Of a DNA stretch of 64,000 bases, positions 1 to 11,927 are shown piece after piece. The notes beneath the pieces are model-generated. The model did no database searches. It saw nothing but the letters and a program-made list of their open reading frames with translations, and was not told where the DNA came from. Position 1 is the first letter of the stretch. Each line of letters opens with the position of its first letter. This DNA comes from Squalus acanthias (lineage: Eukaryota): NCBI GenBank assembly GCA_030390025.1, contig CM059432.1, positions 76,200,001 through 76,264,000 of the forward strand, read 5' to 3'. The position numbers were made by a program, and so were the translations under genes.

Positions 1-42
1 AGATAATCAATGTTTTTGGACAATATTGCAACTATAACTTAC

Positions 43-209
43 TTCAGCAGTTTGGATCGTATAAATTGTGAGAATGAAGCTAGATGGAAACTGTATAGAT
101 CATAGCCCACATCTTTTCAGGAACTGGTCTGGTTACTAAATTCTAATCCCATTTTTGCAAGATTCCTTTTGCATTCATCTGCCATCTTAATTAAGGTTTT
201 ATACATTAC
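43..209 (-). other. Candidate exon of an unidentified minus-strand host gene (VMYKTLIKMADECKRNLAKMGLEFSNQTSS*KDVGYDLYSFHLASFSQFIRSKLL)
   Basis: Minus-strand acceptor cttgtttacAG at 210-211 and donor GTAAGT at 42-37. Frame 0 is open apart from one TGA (119-117). Non-repetitive sequence; protein not recognised. Confidence 0.3.
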
Positions 210-232
210 CTGTAAACAAGGAGTTACTCTGG

Positions 233-1111
233 CAACAACAACAACAACTTGTATTTATATAGCACCTTTAACGTAGTAAAATGTCCCAAGGTGCTTCACA
301 GGAGTGTTATAAAACAAAATTTGACACCAAGCCACGTAAGGAGATATTAGGGCAGGTGGCCAAAAGCTTGGTCAAAGAGGTAGGTTTTAAGGAGCGCCTG
401 AAAGGAGGAAAGAGAGGTAGCGAGATGGGTGGGTTTAGGGAGGAAATTCCAGAGCTTAGGGCCTTGGTAGCTGAAGGCACGGCCACCAATGGTTGAGCGA
501 TTAAAATCAGGGATGCTCTGGAGGCCAGAATTAGAGGAGCGCAGATATCTCGGGGTGGGGTGGGGGGGGTGGGGTGTTGTGGGCTGGAGGAGATTACAGA
601 GATAGGGAGGGGTGAGGCCAAGGAGGGATTTGAAAACAAGGATGAGAATTTTAAAATCGAGGCGTTGCTTAACCAGGAACCAGTGTAGGTCAGCGAGCAC
701 AGGGTGATGGGTGAACAGGACTTGATGCGAGTTAGGACATGGCAGCCAAGTTTTGGATGACCTCAAGTTTACATAGGTTAGAATGTGGGAGGCCAGCCAG
801 GAGTGCATTGGAATAGTTAAGTCTAGAGGTAACAAAGGCATGGGTTAGGGTTTCAGCAGCAGATGAGCTGAGGTGGAAATAGGCGGTCTTAGTTATGGCA
901 TGGATATGTGGTCAGAAGCTCATTTCAGAGTCAAATATGATACCAAGGTTGCAAACAGCCTCAGACAGCTGTTAGGGAGATGGATGGAGTCGGTGGCTAG
1001 GGAATCGAGTTTGTGGCGGGGACCGAAGACAATGGCTTTGGTCTTCCCAATATTTAGTTGGAAGAAATTTCTGCTCATCCAGTACTGGAGGTCAGACAAG
1101 CAGTCTGGCAC
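233..1111 (-). mobile_element. L2 LINE 3' fragment (RT C-terminus and 3' tail)
   Basis: Minus ORFs 347-841 and 920-1111 (WMSRNFFQLNIGKTKAIVFG; LADLHWFLVKQRLDFKILILVFKSL; GGRAFSYQGPKLWN; LLKTYLF). (CAA)n at 233-248 is the (TTG)n tail. Confidence 0.9.
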
Positions 1112-1819
1112 AGTGAAAAAAAGAAGGAAGACATGTTTTTCTATATCACAGCTCTCAGCAATGTCTCAAAGCCCTGCATATATAATGGCACAGATACTCT
1201 GGTCAGTAAAAATGTTCGTGTAAGTGTGGAATGGGTGTGTAAGGGCCAAGAAATCAGGCAGGGATCAATTCTGATGAATTGCCTTTACTGGATGATATTT
1301 CTTGGCTGGGATTTTAGGTCAGAAATGAGTACAAGAGCTTTGTTAACACATGCAATTACATTTAAATTATATTTTGGGGGTAATTTCCTGAGGATGTGCT
1401 TGTGGCAGGGAACCTTGTCTGCCACCAGCACACAGCAGAACTTGACCCCCAAAATGTTCCTTTCCATTGATTTCAATCGGGTGCTTTCCATAACGGACGC
1501 CCAATCTGAAACGCCAGTTTTATACTCCAGCAGTAAGTTGAAAATTACTCTTGGTATTTCATAGTTTAATTGGTGCAAGATAAACGGGAGCATGCCAAGG
1601 AGATCACCTGATACTAGAAGATCAGTCATTTGGAAGGCACACAAGTCATTGCTTTAGCTGGCTACAAGTAGGCCTGCCATGACAGATATATCAATTTTAA
1701 ACAGGCCATTTTATTCCTGGGATATACAGGTGAAGTTATTTTCTTGCCTATGTGGAAGGATCACAGAATAGAACTAAGCTTTTTTAAGTTTCTATTTTCT
1801 GGTGAATCTTTTTGCTCAC

Positions 1820-1946
1820 CAAAGTGAGGAATGTCAATTCTGGGCTATTCACTTTGGACAGCTCCCATTCACAACAGACACTCTGGCAGCATCGACACAT
1901 GCAGAAGAAAGTTCCGGCATCATATCTCCTCATTTTCTTTCCTTTA
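1820..1946 (-). other. Candidate exon of the same unidentified gene (KGKKMRRYDAGTFFCMCRCCQSVCCEWELSKVNSPELTFLTL)
   Basis: Acceptor cctgttttcAG (1947-1948) and donor GTGAG (1819-1815). 127 nt, one open frame, ends in phase 0, compatible with the 209-43 candidate exon. Confidence 0.3.
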
Positions 1947-2029
1947 CTGAAAACAGGCTTAGGATGCAGCAGCTGCTGAAGAATCCTGAGCGAGCAGGCC
2001 CGGCATCTGCTCCAGTCATCCCACAAAAG

Positions 2030-2226
2030 ACCTGAAACAGGTGTTAGGCCCCTCATTAACATATGTAAGGGGCCTAAAACCTGTTTTAGGTGGACGCCAG
2101 GAACGCCTATAAAATGGACCCGATGAATTTAGCAGTGGCCCGAACGCAGGCGCAGATCGGGTGCGAGCCGTCCCACTGCTGAATTTGTCATCATTGTGCC
2201 CATTTCACACCCCAAAAATGTAATTT
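2030..2226. repeat. Degenerate palindromic MITE fragment, related to 18606-18973
   Basis: Hairpins cctgaaacagg-tgttaggcccct...aggggcctaa-aacctgttttagg and aatttagcagtgg...ccactgctgaattt. The motif cctgaaacaggYgttaggccc recurs at about 18743. Confidence 0.5.
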
Positions 2227-3262
2227 GCTGGGCGAAGGGCTCTGAGCAGTGGTCTCTCCTGAGCAGCAGGCTTGAAGTTTAAGCCAGCCAGTATAAACTG
2301 GGTAGTGCCTGACTGAAACTTGAACTGCACCTCGCAGTCTCAAACCAGCAGCTGCTGCTGTCTAAGAGCATCCTAACATAAATAGCAGTAGAATTTGAAT
2401 ATTCCGTAAACAACAGGAAGCCAAGGATATCAGGAACTTATTTTGGCTGCCAGGTAAAAGCCAATAGGAAGAAGGGAGGTACTCTATTTCAGGGAAGCAA
2501 TGGGAAATTCAGGAGAGCAGGCGGAGAGAGAGAGGGCCCCAAGACCAGATGGGAGCTGCTGTCGAAAACCAGCTAAATGCAAAGAAATTATGTTTTGGGA
2601 GTAGCTGACGATATCTGGCATGCATCTGGCACCAAGTTAACTTCAGAGATACTAAAACATGGTAGTGTCACAGACTTTTTAACAGTGACTGTAAAATGTT
2701 ACTCCCAAATCCCATGCCATCAGCCATTCATAGTGCATAACTCCTGATGCCAGGAGAGGATAGAAAGGGTGGTAAGCCCCCTGCGAACTAAAATCACAGC
2801 CCATTCATTGTGCATAATATTTTGTGCTAATTAAACCATGTGGGAGAGGGGACTTGATAATGCATTTGATTCAGATCACACTTAAAGGGCACAATCCCTG
2901 GTGCCAAAGGAGGGTTGAGAACTGCTGCCTTAGATTCTATGCCAACTGAGATCACAGGTCTTTCACAGTGTAATCTCTGGTGCCAAACAAGGGTGGGAGT
3001 GGGGTGTTTGGATCCCACACTAACAGACATGACAGCTCATTTATCTGTGATCCTTTGACAATTACTACACTGCTGAGTCACCATTTACATCAGTAAGCAT
3101 TTATATATAAGCCATTTGAAAGATCAAAAATTGTGACCTATTTATTTATTGCCTATTTCTTATGTTCTTATGATGTAAAACAATCTGTGTGCCTTTTGTT
3201 AATTTATTTCTATACTGGTCTTCAAATGGATTAAAATTATACACTTTTAAAAATTGTTATAT

Positions 3263-3966
3263 GAATCATAGAACCATAGAAATTTACAGCACAGAAGGAG
3301 GCCATTCGGTCCATCTTGTCTGTAGCCTTGGGGGTTACGGCACTTCAAGTGTATATCCAAGTACTTTTTAAATGTGATGAGGGTCTCTGCCTCTACCACC
3401 CTTTCAGGCAGTGAGTTCCAGACCACCACCACCCTCTGGGTGAAAACATTTCTCCTTAAATCCCCTCTAAACTTCCGACCAATTACTTTAAATCTATGCC
3501 CCTGGTTATTGACCCTTCTGCTAATGGAAATAGTTCCTTCCTATCCACTCTATCTAGGCTCCTCATAATTTTATACACCTCAATTAGGTCTCCCCTCAGC
3601 CTCCTCTGTTCAATCTTTCCTCATAACTAAAATTCTCCAGTCCAGGCAACATCCCCGTAAATCTTCTCTGTACCCTCTCTAGCGCAATCACATCTTTCCT
3701 GTAATGTGGTGACCAGAACTGCACCTAATATTCTAGCTGAGGCCTAACTAGCGTTTTATACAGTTCAAACATAACCTCCCTGCTCTTATATTCTATGCCT
3801 CGGCTCATAAAGGCAAGTATTCCGTATGCCTTCTTAACCACCTTATCTACCTGTCCTGCTACCTTCAGGGATCTGTGGACATGCACGCCAAGGTCCCTCT
3901 GTTCCTCTGCACTTATCAGTGTCCTACCATTTATGGTGTATTCCCTTGCCTTGTTAGCCCTCCCTA
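3263..3966 (-). mobile_element. CR1 LINE 3' fragment
   Basis: Minus ORF VVWNSLPERVVEAETLITFKKYLD. (catagaa) repeat at 3267-3281 is the TTCTATG tail. Confidence 0.9.
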
Positions 3967-4573
3967 ATGATGTGCAATATCAAAAAATATGGTTTTATTT
4001 AGCCAAATGTATTGTAATGATATCATCCTACATCATACTCTACTTAAATATCACATTTTTAAAAGTCCAGTTTATTCACATTTAAAATATTTACACAATA
4101 AACCATCATGATCTTGAAGCAATCACAATACCATTATCAGCTAGCTTTATTTAACCATTTTGTAACCTAATCAGATAGTTTCTACAAGCTTTAACATTTT
4201 TGTGCAGAAAATGATGAAATGCTGGAATTGTGCAGGTGTGGAAATTGTGTGAGGACAGGATTAGGTTTGACTCTGATGCTTTCTGTGATGGTCCAGTAGT
4301 CCGCTGTCAAGGCACGCACATGAAAAAAGATCAGTTGGTTGAGGTACTTAAGGCAAAATAATACCATGGCAAAGGAGTCCACAAATTCAGGAGAGTAAGG
4401 GAGGTGTGAAAACTGGTGAAGAGAAAAAGAAAAGCCTTCAGGTTAAGTTTGGTTTTATTCTGAGCAATTGTGCTGTTCTTTTATGTTTGGCAAATCACGT
4501 TGCAAAATCGCATCAATAGCGTTGTTTTTTTTAAACCATGTAAAGGAGGATGGCGCAGTAGTTCTACATCACA

Positions 4574-4737
4574 GGGGTAGATTTTCATCTCCACTGTAAT
4601 CTAGTGGTGCTGATTGGCCGCCCTTTATAGAACCCGCCCAATGTTCATTTCATTGAAATCAATGGAATGAAAATCAGATGGGTTCTATATCTGCCCTGCT
4701 AGATTACTGCTCAGGAGGTGAAGACAAAATTCGACCC
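4574..4737. mobile_element. Small palindromic Harbinger-type MITE
   Basis: Termini ggggtagattttc / aaaattcgaccc; internal inverted repeats tatagaaccc/gggttctata and ttcattt-cattga...tcaatg-gaatgaa. Confidence 0.6.
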
Positions 4738-5724
4738 AATAGAGTAAGTTGAATCTGACAAAGGCACGAAGCACTTAATATAATAATTTCATCTTTTCCA
4801 AATGGTATGATTTTATCTGCTTTTAATGTCAACCCAATAATGCAATGCAGCAAGATTGTTGAATAGGCCAGTGGATGCCTTTTAATAAAAAAACAACCTT
4901 TTGAATTCCCTCAAATACGTGGGAGCACTTCACACAGAAACAGAATTGAGTGGCGAGATATACTTTAATGGATGATACACAATGACAAGATGATAGACAC
5001 ATTAGAGAACTGCATCACAAATCCCTCCTTACAAATTTAAAGTAATTTTCAAGAATTTTTAACCTTTTTCTTCGGAGGTCCAGTCACAACCCAGACCTGA
5101 AACTCCAGATGGGGCCCACATCCTCCATTTAGCAGCCTGATTTATCTGATTTCATCATCAGGCATATTTACGGACACTGATGATCTACCAGGCCTTTGAC
5201 CAGGCTGCGGACGTAGGAACTCCTGGCATTAGGAGTCCTCCCCCAGCACTGCTCCCTCCTAAACTGCTGACCTTGTCTGGGGAAAGTGGAGGCTCCACCC
5301 CTCGCAAAGCTTGACAGAATCCCTGACATAAGGCCAGGACCCGGCCTCTGGCTTAATTCACGGCACTTCCAGCTCACTCCCACTGAAGTTAGGCAGGATT
5401 GCACTGGAAGGCCCGTGGATTCTCAGTTCCTATATGTTTATAGACAGAGAAAGTTTTGCCAAAGGTTTTTTCACAAAAATTTTCCCTTTTAACTCCAGCT
5501 TTAGAAAAGCACCAATTCTACACCAGTGTGACATTTCCATTCTGCACACCGTACAATCTCGTGACACTGGCAATTATCGGTGCCAGCTTTCTTCAACAAT
5601 TTCGTGCTACAGATTTGTGCTTACCAGGAGCTGCCTCAAACTCATTTAATTGAAATAATTTAGTAGGTTAATGCTAAAGCAGAATTTATATTGCAGCCAT
5701 ACTAATTCATCTTGTGGGAGAATC

Positions 5725-6648
5725 AAGAGTTCCTCGGGGCAGTGTCCTAGGCCCAACCATCTTCATCAATGGCCTTCCCTCCAGCATAAGGTCAGAAGTG
5801 GGGATATTCGCTGATGATTGCACAGTGTTCAGTGCCATTCGCAACTCCTCAGATAATGAAGCAGTCCGTGCCTGCATGCAACAAGACCTGGATGACATTC
5901 AGGCTTGGGCTGATAAGTGGCAAGTAACATTCGCACCACACAAGTGCCAGGCAATGACTATCTCCAACAAGCGAGAGTCTAACCACCTCCCCTTGACATT
6001 CAATGGCATTACCATCGCCGAATCTCCCACCATTGACCAGAAACTTAACTGGACCAGCCACATAAATACTGTGGCTACAAGAGCAGGCCAGTGGCTGGGT
6101 ATTCTGCGGCAAGTGTCTCACCTCCTGACTCCCCAAAGCCTTTCCACCTTCTACAAGGCACAAGTCAGGGGTGTGATGGAATACTCTCCACTTGCTTGGA
6201 TGAGTGCAGCTCCAACAACACTCAAGAAGCTCGACACCATCCAGGACAAAGCAGCCCGCTTGATTGGTACCCCATGCACCACCTTAAACATTCACTCCCT
6301 CCACCACCGGCGTACCATGGCTGCAGTGTGTACCATCTACAAGATGCACTGCAGCAACTCACCAAGGCTTCTTCGACAGCACCTCCCAAACCCGCGACCT
6401 CTATCACCTAGAAGGACAAGAGTAGCAGGCGCATGGGAACACCATCACCTCCAAGTTCCCCTCCAAGTCACACACCATCCTGACTTAGAAATATATCGCC
6501 GTTTCTTCATCGTCGCGGAGTCAAAATCCTGGAACTCCCTCCCTAACAGCACTATGGGAGTGCCTTCACTTCATGGACTGCAGTGGTTCAAGAAGGCGGC
6601 TCACCACCACCTTCTCAAGGGCAATTAGGGATGGGCAATAAATACTGG
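5725..6648 (+). mobile_element. Non-LTR retrotransposon 3' fragment (CR1/L2-group RT, Zenon/Crack-like, distinct from the main CR1 family)
   Basis: ORF 5714-6628: VPRGSVLGP, FADD, YKAQVRGVMEY, WNSLP; 3' end gggcaataaa. Clade assignment is approximate. Confidence 0.85.
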
Positions 6649-7143
6649 TCCTGGTGGAACCCAAACTGAGCATTGGTGAACAGGCTGTTGGTGAGTAAGT
6701 GCCGCTTGATAGCACTGTCGACAACACCTTCCATCATCAAGCTGATGATTAAGAGTAGACTGATGGGGGGGATAATTGGCAGGATTGGATTTGTCCTGCT
6801 TTTTGTGGACAGGACATACTTGGGCAATTTTGCACATTGTCAGGTAGATGCCAGTGTTGTAGCTGTACTGGAACAGCTTGGCTAGAGGTGTGGCTTGTTC
6901 TGGAGCACAAGTCTTCAGCACGACAGCTGGGATGTTGTTGGGGCCCATAGCCTTTGCTGTATCCAGTTTGCTCATCCATTTCTTGATATCACATGGAGTG
7001 AATCAAATTGGCTGAAGACTGGCTTCTGTGATGGTGGGGACCTCAGGAGGAGGCTGAGATGGATCATCCACTTGGCACTTCTGGCTGAAGATGGTTGCAA
7101 ACGCTTCAGCCTTGTCTCTGCCATCATTGAGGATGGGGATATT
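6646..7143 (-). mobile_element. Upstream RT portion of the same LINE family, inverted
   Basis: Minus ORF: KAMGPNNIPAVVLKTCAPEQATPLAKLFQYSYNTG...PVHKKQDKSNPANY...QFGF. Confidence 0.85.
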
Positions 7144-7365
7144 CAAAGTATGCTTTGTGCTTCCTGGTAATTAGAATGATTGTGGCGTGTCGCCCAGTGT
7201 TGAATGCGCTGCTGAGTGGCTGCATGCTTAGCAGGGGGCACAAGTTTATGCAAGGCCAGCACAAATTAAAGTTAGCCTGCACTTCTTAAAGGGGAGGTGC
7301 AATTTGATGAGAGCAGGCGCTGGAAGTAATTCCAGAAGTGAGTTTGACCTGGGAAAGACACAGGA

Positions 7366-9264
7366 ATGATGCAACATGCCAGAGAGAGGGCTCCAACATT
7401 CTCTGACGCAGCACTGGAGGCCATAGTGCAGGAGATGAACAGGAGGAGAGAGGTCTTGTATCCGCAGGGGGCCAGGAGGCCATCCAGACAGACACTGCAA
7501 AGGCAGTGGGAGCAGATAGCCGTGGAGGTCAATGACAGCAGTGTTGCCTCGAGGACCTGGAGGCAGTGCCAAACGAAGTTCAATGACCTCACACAAGCGG
7601 TCAGGGTGAGTGAATGCATCTTCAAATGCCATATCCCATCAACTGCACCACTAGACTCACAAAGCGCTCCATGCACCACACCCCATCATCAACCAAACAC
7701 ATTGCACACACTTCCTTCTCTCTTGCAGGACAAGGTAGCACACAATCACAGGTGGCAGCAGCTAACCAGCGGGGGACAGGCGTGCCTGCATGTCCTAATC
7801 CCAATGGAGGTGACGGTGCTGGCCATATTGGAATGGCCGGGCATGAGGCCATGGCCAGCGGCAGGGCTGAAAACATTGAAGATGACCGTATGCTCATATC
7901 TAATTCTCCTTCTCACATCCCACTTGCCCCTCATCCCACTATCTCTTCTGATTTATAAGCTGCACATGGTGTAAGCATGCGCTGCTTGCTTCCCCCCCAC
8001 CCCTCACCACAACCCTGCCCTTTGCCTTTATCCTTTCAGATGACCAAGAACTCCAACCTGGGCAGGCAGTGGTGGAGGAGCAGGAACTGCAAGAGGAAGA
8101 AGGCAGTGATGCTGAAGACACAGCACCATCACTCGATTTCACACTCGCAGCCAGCAGCTCAGATACTGAAATGCACGTCATTTCGAGGGTAGCATAGAGG
8201 CGGATCTGCACGTGGTGAGTCACCGGGCACGGGTGGCCTGCAGCCAGAGCAGGGGGAAAGGGTAGCGCAGGAGCCAGCTCACCAGAGGATGAGGTTGCAC
8301 ATGGGTTCTGCTGCACAGGACTCAAATGAGGACTTCGATGGTGCGGCCTACAGAAGAAGGCTGATGGTTATGCACAATGAAATGTTTGGTGCACTGGAAA
8401 GCCTGCCAGAAAGTCTGAATGCAATGTCAAGGAGCATGGAGGAATCCGGCACCAACCTTACACAGGGCTTTGCACAGAGCATAGAGCCCATCCTTTCCAA
8501 CGTGGAAGTGGTGGGCAAATCCATTAGCGCACTTGTGGACCCAACCATGATGCAGGTCTGTTCTGACGAAAGGTCATCGACCTGAAACGTGAACTCTGTT
8601 TCTCTCTTCACAGATGCTGCCTGACCCACTGAGTATTTCATCATTGTCTGTTTTTATTTCAGATTTCCAGTATCCGCAGTATTTTGCTTTTGCATGATGC
8701 AGTGTCTGATGGCCGATGTCTCAGCTTTCATTGCAGCACAAGCAGAAGCCACCCAACATCTGGGTGCTGCATTGGAAGTTCAGATTGACGTTATGCAAGC
8801 TCAGCTTGTTGCCATCCAAGCTCAGACTGTTGCCATCATGGCTGCAGTTACCAGTGTTGAAAGGGGCTTGCAGGGTGTCACAGCAGTCCAGCAGTCTGTC
8901 CTCCAACAGATTACTAGGATTGCTGAATCACCGCCCTGGGGGAGTGGCAGTGGCTCCGTGGAGCACGAACCTGCTGGTTTCTCTCAGGATGACAGTATTC
9001 GTCCTCCAACCACTGCCACTCCGCCAGTGCCCGTCAGCGCAGACTGCTGCCACCTATGCCAAGCGGGTGCAGTCCAAAGCCGGGCCTTCTAGGCCCAGAG
9101 CTACTCGAGGTCATCCTGCAAGGCCATCTGTAGTCTCCCCCACTGAAAGTCAGCAGCCTTCCACCAGCCATGCTACAGCCACTGGGGTAGCATTGTGTAG
9201 CAGCACTAGGACTGCCAAAGGCACACAGAAGACAGGCACTAACGGAATGCACAAGGGTGATTAG
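7366..9264 (+). pseudogene. Harbinger Myb/SANT (trihelix) gene, 3 exons (7366-7605, 7729-7887, 8040-9264)
   Basis: RERAPTFSDAALEAIVQEMNRRREVLYP...WEQIAVEVN...RTWRQCQTKFNDL; GT-AG introns; exon 3 has frameshifts and a Penelope insert; C-terminus ...GMHKGD*. Confidence 0.85.
8556..8692 (+). mobile_element. 137-bp Penelope pLTR-derived insertion with hammerhead motif
   Basis: 10-bp TSD catgatgcag (8546-8555 / 8693-8702). Same sequence as the 3' end of the Penelope at 29828-30918. Confidence 0.85.
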
Positions 9265-10715
9265 TTGCCTTTTATATGAAATATTGGATTGGTTTGTTTT
9301 ATAAATTTGGTTTGGAATGCTTGTTTCGTGGTGGCTTTTATTGTAGCATTGAGGCCAAGAGGACGCTGTGATGCTCAGTAAGAGAGGGAAGGTAAGGTTT
9401 GGGACTGCTGCTGAATGGGGAATTGGGGTTGTGTTCACTGGTACCACAGTCGGATGAGTACCACTGGTACCACACGGACAGCCTGGGCAGAAAGTGCAAG
9501 TACAGCAGTAGCAGGAAAATGGTGCAGGCGTTGCATCGGGCATTCACTCTCTCGCCTCTCCATCCAGATCACAGACTGATTGCAAAATCATGCCAAGCAA
9601 GTACAAAATTCTTGCCCACACCCCATGTAAAAGAAAACATTCACTCAACCAGTTTCCTGGTCTATTCCAATCTTGTAAAAAATGCTTCCAATATGGGGAA
9701 AGAGTTTTAATTGTTGCCTCCTCCCTTCCTCCTCCACTTCTTGCTCCTTGTCCTCTTCCTCCTCCCTCTTTTAGCAGCATGTCCTGCTCTGTGTCGCCTT
9801 TGCTCATTCTCTCTGTCATGCTGCAGGGCATGGGGCATAAAACTACTGCACCCATGCCTGGGAGCAACTGGTCTGAGCAGAAGCCTTGCAAGTCAGTACC
9901 AAGTCCTTGAGCATGTGCCACACCACTCCCTGTAGAATTTAGGCAACTTCAAATAACTGCAGAAACCAAACACTTCTACATGTTCAGCTATGGGAGGTCA
10001 AGAGAGGGCATTAGCTCCAGCGTTGAGCTCGAAATGGCAGCAGTGGCGTCAAATCAGCGCTACACAGTGATTGACGTCACGATCTGCCTACTCTGCACAC
10101 TTCTGGCACACGCTCCCTGCCCTGACGCAAATGACCAGCCAAAATGCGCGCGTGCTCCTTGGATGCTATTTTGGGCACAAAACAGCACCCAAAGCGGCGA
10201 AATTTCAGGTGCTATGAAGCCGAATTTCTCAGTCTACATTTTTATTTAACTCCACTCAAAACAGCTAGAAAATAGAGTGAAAAAAAACTACTGCATATTT
10301 TTCTGTCAACAATAGAGGGCGTCGTAATCCCTAGTAAAGTACATTTTATGCGCACTGCTAGTTAATCATAGCTTGAACATTAACAGTTGTTATTAGTGGA
10401 GGGATGCTGAACGCATTCATGTGATATTTCTCTGTCTACTATTTTACCAGTGAAGTTAATCCCTTTATTGGACAAAGGAATGCCATAAAAATGTGTTAAA
10501 ATTTTGTTTGCTAATATCGACAACAGTAATTTTTATGCTTTTAAATCTTATTGAATTATAGACAATTTTATTTTTGAAACCTATTTAATTTGAATAAATC
10601 CTTATTCTGTCTTTTTTTCTCCTCTGTAGAATGCCTTGGGACTTTTCTTACAGGGAATATTGTTGTTGGAGTTAATTTTAATTCCATTTTAACACTCCCA
10701 ACATTAACAATTTAC

Positions 10716-10930
10716 ATAAAAATAGAAAATGCTGGAAATATTCAGCAGGTCAGGCAGCATCTGTGGAGAGAGAAACAGAGTTAACGTTTCCAGTTCAGAG
10801 CTGAAGAAAAGGTCATTAACCTGAAATGGTAACGCTGTTTCTCTCTCCACTGATGCTGCCTGACTGGCTGAGTATTTCCAGCATTTTCTATATTTATTTC
10901 AGATTTCCAGAATCCGCAATATTTTGCTTT
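10716..10930. mobile_element. Head-to-head inverted pair of Penelope pLTR fragments
   Basis: Minus copy about 10716-10790 and plus copy about 10800-10930 of the gatgctgcctgacctgctgagtatttccagc repeat. Confidence 0.8.
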
Positions 10931-11169
10931 AATAATTTACATCATCACCATCAACAACTTACACTTATATAGTGCTCTTTATTTGAAAGAATATCGGAGA
11001 GTGTTTGATTTAAATTGACAAAAAATCCTACTGTTTTGCGATCCTTCCTGCCTGGATTTTCTCTATGCGCTGTGCCCAGCTCATCAAATATGACTAGCGT
11101 AGTAACAGGAAAATCTGCCCTGTAGTGAGGAATAGTGATTTTGGAAGAGTTCACATAATGGTTGAAAAT

Positions 11170-11785
11170 GGTAAAGCAAGGGGTGGCTGGGGAGAGCGAC
11201 AAGCAGCAGTTCAGAGTAAAAGAAACAGGAAATGTATGGCTGGAGAGAATTACCCAAGCAGTATTGAGTGAGCCCATGGAGGGATTTCAATATCAGGATA
11301 GTGAAGTTGATTTGTTGGGTCACATTGAATGCGGAGCTGGGCAAGGATGGGAATGATGGTTATGTGAGACTGTGCAGGAGAGGATGTAAGCTGTAGACAT
11401 CCGGATTATCTGGAGTTTGTGAAGGGTGAAAGTGGATAGGTCAGAGCATTTGAGAAAACAATCTTCTGGATGACAAAAACATGAATGTGTGTTTTGGTAC
11501 AGGAGGAAGTGAGGAAGGGCTTAAGTAGGCGATGTTCTAGAAGTGGAAGGCAGCAGTCTTAGCAATGGACCGAATGTGGGGTAGAAAGTTCAGCTCAGGG
11601 CTGAACAGAACAGTAAGGTTATGAACCACCAAGTTCAGCTTGAGTGAACAGCCAATGAGACTGATGGAGTCGACACTAGAGGCACATGAGTGCAGATGAA
11701 AGCTGAACAGAATGGCTTCACTTTTATCTACACTAAGCTGTAGGAAGTTATTATTCATCCAGGGCATGACACTGATGGGTAGGTT
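11170..11785 (-). mobile_element. Old, diverged L2 fragment
   Basis: Minus ORF WMNNNFLQLSVDKSEAILF...HIRSIAKTAAFH; INFTILILKSLHGL. Confidence 0.7.
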
Positions 11786-11927
11786 GATAATAACAACAAC
11801 AGCAACTTGCATTTATATAGCACTTTTAAAGTAGTAAAATGTCCCAAGGCACTTCACAGGAGCATTATTAAACACCATGCGACATAAAGAGATATTAGGA
11901 CAGGAGACCAACAACTTGGTCAAAGAG

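Larger units (their letters stand above)
7145..10234. mobile_element. Harbinger transposon A (left end missing): Myb gene on +, transposase remnant on -
   Basis: Myb gene 7366-9264; minus-strand transposase remnants about 9400-9915; right terminus ...gaatttctcagtc. Confidence 0.8.

Noticed and set aside
117..119. In-frame TGA as selenocysteine
   Set aside because: No redox motif around it, no similarity to a selenoprotein I recognise, and any SECIS would lie outside the window. Kept only as an untested alternative.
1152..1219. Plus-strand exon-like segment (cacAG...GTAAGT; LSNVSKPCIYNGTDTLVSKNVR)
   Set aside because: Short, no recognisable homology, no partner exon, and on the opposite strand to the other candidates; such signals arise by chance.
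5434..5649. Ig-like motif ILHTVQSRDTGNYRC
   Set aside because: Has D-x-G-x-Y-x-C but lacks the C-strand Trp and a correctly spaced first Cys, and there is no donor site; likely chance.
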